From contig DATGYF010000821.1 of assembly GCA_035298145.1 (NCBI GenBank), positions 1 through 31,001 on the forward strand: 31,001 nucleotides of DNA, read 5' to 3'. Shown in pieces: positions 29,755 through 31,001 of this stretch. The DNA comes from Terriglobales bacterium (lineage in GTDB: Bacteria > Acidobacteriota > Terriglobia > Terriglobales > Acidobacteriaceae). How positions within the stretch are numbered: the stretch's first letter is position 1; each line of letters begins with the position of its first letter. The notes beneath the pieces are model-generated. The model did not search any database. It saw nothing but the letters and a program-made list of their open reading frames with translations, and was not told where the DNA came from. Both the position numbers and the translations under genes were made by a program.

Positions 29755-30303
29755 TCACCGATTGCGATATACAACCAGCTCCGGATACTCCCGCCGGAAT
29801 GTCTGAGTCACATGGCAGCTCCAGCAGACGGGCTTATGGGTCGAAAACAACTCTGGAAGCTGCTCAGGCTGGACGTGGTCCCACTCAAGCGTCTTGTGAT
29901 CAGGCCCCAAGAGTGCCGGGGCGCGATCGAGATATTGGAGCGGTCCAAAGCGCGTGTGGCAATACACGCACTTTTTCCCTTCATACCAGTTGGACACAAT
30001 GTTCCAGACCAGGCAGTTCTCCGGATCGGCCTCAATCTGCCGCAGGCACTCCTGACCGCAGTCCTGGCGCTCCGGCCAGCGCGAGCATTGATCCAAGCGA
30101 AGAGTCGATTCACCAACAAAGGCCCATGTGGCGGCCTTTCTCGCTGCCACATCCACAGCTTCGTTCGTCAGCGTCTCCGGACAGGTGATAAGCCGCTTGC
30201 CACGGTACATGAAATAGGCCTGCACTGCTGGGATGACGCGGGAAAGAAAAAGCCCGACTACGACAGCCACCACCGCAATCCCCAGAAGAGTTAGTGTCGT
30301 CAT
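29755..30303 (-). CDS. Hypothetical membrane-anchored Cys-rich protein (182 aa) with two CxxCH motifs
   Basis: N-terminal hydrophobic anchor, TCPET, CSRWPERQDCGQEC, CVYCH, CWSCH. Confidence 0.8.
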   Translation of the reverse strand: MTTLTLLGIAVVAVVVGLFLSRVIPAVQAYFMYRGKRLITCPETLTNEAVDVAARKAATWAFVGESTLRLDQCSRWPERQDCGQECLRQIEADPENCLVWNIVSNWYEGKKCVYCHTRFGPLQYLDRAPALLGPDHKTLEWDHVQPEQLPELFSTHKPVCWSCHVTQTFRREYPELVVYRNR

Positions 30304-30393
30304 AAATACTTCCCCCCCGGGAGCTCACGTTCTAGGAAGGTCCCGGACGTCCCCTGCAACAATGATATTGTGCTGTTCCTGGGCAAAAACTGC

Positions 30394-30431
30394 GGTGTTC
30401 TTCGTCACCGAGAGATGTGATTGGACTCACG
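30394..30431. promoter_or_regulatory. Tandem CRP-type boxes: TGTGA-ttggac-TCACG (30416-30431, 9/10) and GGTGT-tcttcg-TCACC (30394-30409, 7/10)
   Basis: Centres are 22 bp apart. A minus-strand TATCAT -10-like hexamer lies at 30367-30362, upstream of the Cys-rich gene. Confidence 0.6.
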
Positions 30432-30735
30432 TTGGCCCGACTGGACGGCCTATCCGAGCTGCCAATTAGGACGTGCGGTGTGACTGGAGCCGCAGCTGAA
30501 GGTGAAGCTTGCGACGACGAACAGGAGGAATCCATCGGTATTGGCCGCATAGGCTCTGCGGGTGCGAGTCGTAAGATTGACCACGAGCTGAACCGGTCCC
30601 TCATCATCCAGTCGCGGATCATCTTGATCACCCGCGTCCTCGTGCACCCTCTCACCTTTGACCGTCCGGCACAATGAGCCGGGTGCGCTCTGCAAATGAA
30701 AGCGAACACATGTGGCTGTCCGTCTTAAGAATGCG

Positions 30736-30779
30736 AGTGATCGCGGTCACAGCGAAGAGAGTTTTCTTGAAAGTATTCT
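30736..30779 (+). promoter_or_regulatory. Class II-like promoter: AGTGA-tcgcgg-TCACA (30736-30751, 9/10) plus -10 TATTCT (30774-30779)
   Basis: 22-nt gap between the box and the -10, then an ATG at 30798. Confidence 0.7.
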
Positions 30780-30797
30780 GTTCAAACGGTACCCACC

Positions 30798-31001
30798 ATG
30801 CTGGATGCTTCCGTCATTAAAGTTGGCTTCAGCCAGATCGAGCCGGAACGACTTCGCACCGCCTTAGCGAATTTCTTGCCCCAACACGCCACTCGCGCCG
30901 AGCGGATCCGTGCCATCGAGGCCGGACTGCGCAGTCCGGCCGGCCAATCCGTGCGTGACGCGATGGCGAAATGGATTGTCGAGGTAATTGTTCCGGTTGA
31001 C
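30798..31001 (+). CDS. Hypothetical protein, 5' part only (68 codons, runs off the right edge)
   Basis: Open frame MLDASVIKVGFSQIEPERLRTALANFLPQHATRAERIRAIEAGLRSPAGQSVRDAMAKWIVEVIVPVD, downstream of a well-formed promoter. Absent from the ORF track. Confidence 0.65.
   Translation, partial: MLDASVIKVGFSQIEPERLRTALANFLPQHATRAERIRAIEAGLRSPAGQSVRDAMAKWIVEVIVPVD

Noticed and set aside
30332-30709. Three overlapping short ORFs (30332-30709 -, 30450-30695 -, 30417-30677 +)
   Set aside because: None has a convincing SD or motif, and two overlap the CRP-type boxes. A real small gene or remnant cannot be excluded without a homology search.
1-31001. CRISPR arrays, tRNA/rRNA, transposases, integrases and FNR-type TTGAT-N4-ATCAA boxes
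   Set aside because: None seen on reading; a manual scan could miss degenerate copies.

Overview
GC-rich bacterial window. The gene repertoire suggests Acidobacteriota (Terriglobia-like); this is an inference, not verified. No rRNA, tRNA, CRISPR array or intact mobile element was seen. Left end: a beta-lactamase-family serine hydrolase that runs off the edge and is missing from the ORF track, followed by about 1 kb of gene remnants (TIR-like tail, TPR-protein tail fused head-to-head to a 5'-truncated cupin). Next come a GalT-family gene lacking the catalytic His and a monohaem cytochrome c. A central-carbon block follows: divergent aceB/aceA, with a TPR + Fis-type HTH protein downstream of aceB; a PFK with the PPi-dependent signature; and MaeB. 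A long minus-strand block then encodes a 2-oxoacid:ferredoxin oxidoreductase (Vor-type), a CoA transferase, a non-haem globin-like protein, a PLP aminotransferase, two small ORFs, a group 3b [NiFe]-hydrogenase operon with an internal cNMP-binding protein, and an orphan ATP synthase epsilon subunit. The right end has an MFS transporter, citrate synthase and uncharacterised membrane proteins. The strongest non-coding signal is a set of intergenic CRP-type boxes (TGTGA-N6-TCACA): two perfect, three at 9/10, one at 8/10 and one at 7/10. Three of them lie exactly 22 nt from a TA-initiated -10-like hexamer. Together this suggests a CRP/FNR-family-controlled hypoxia/fermentation island.
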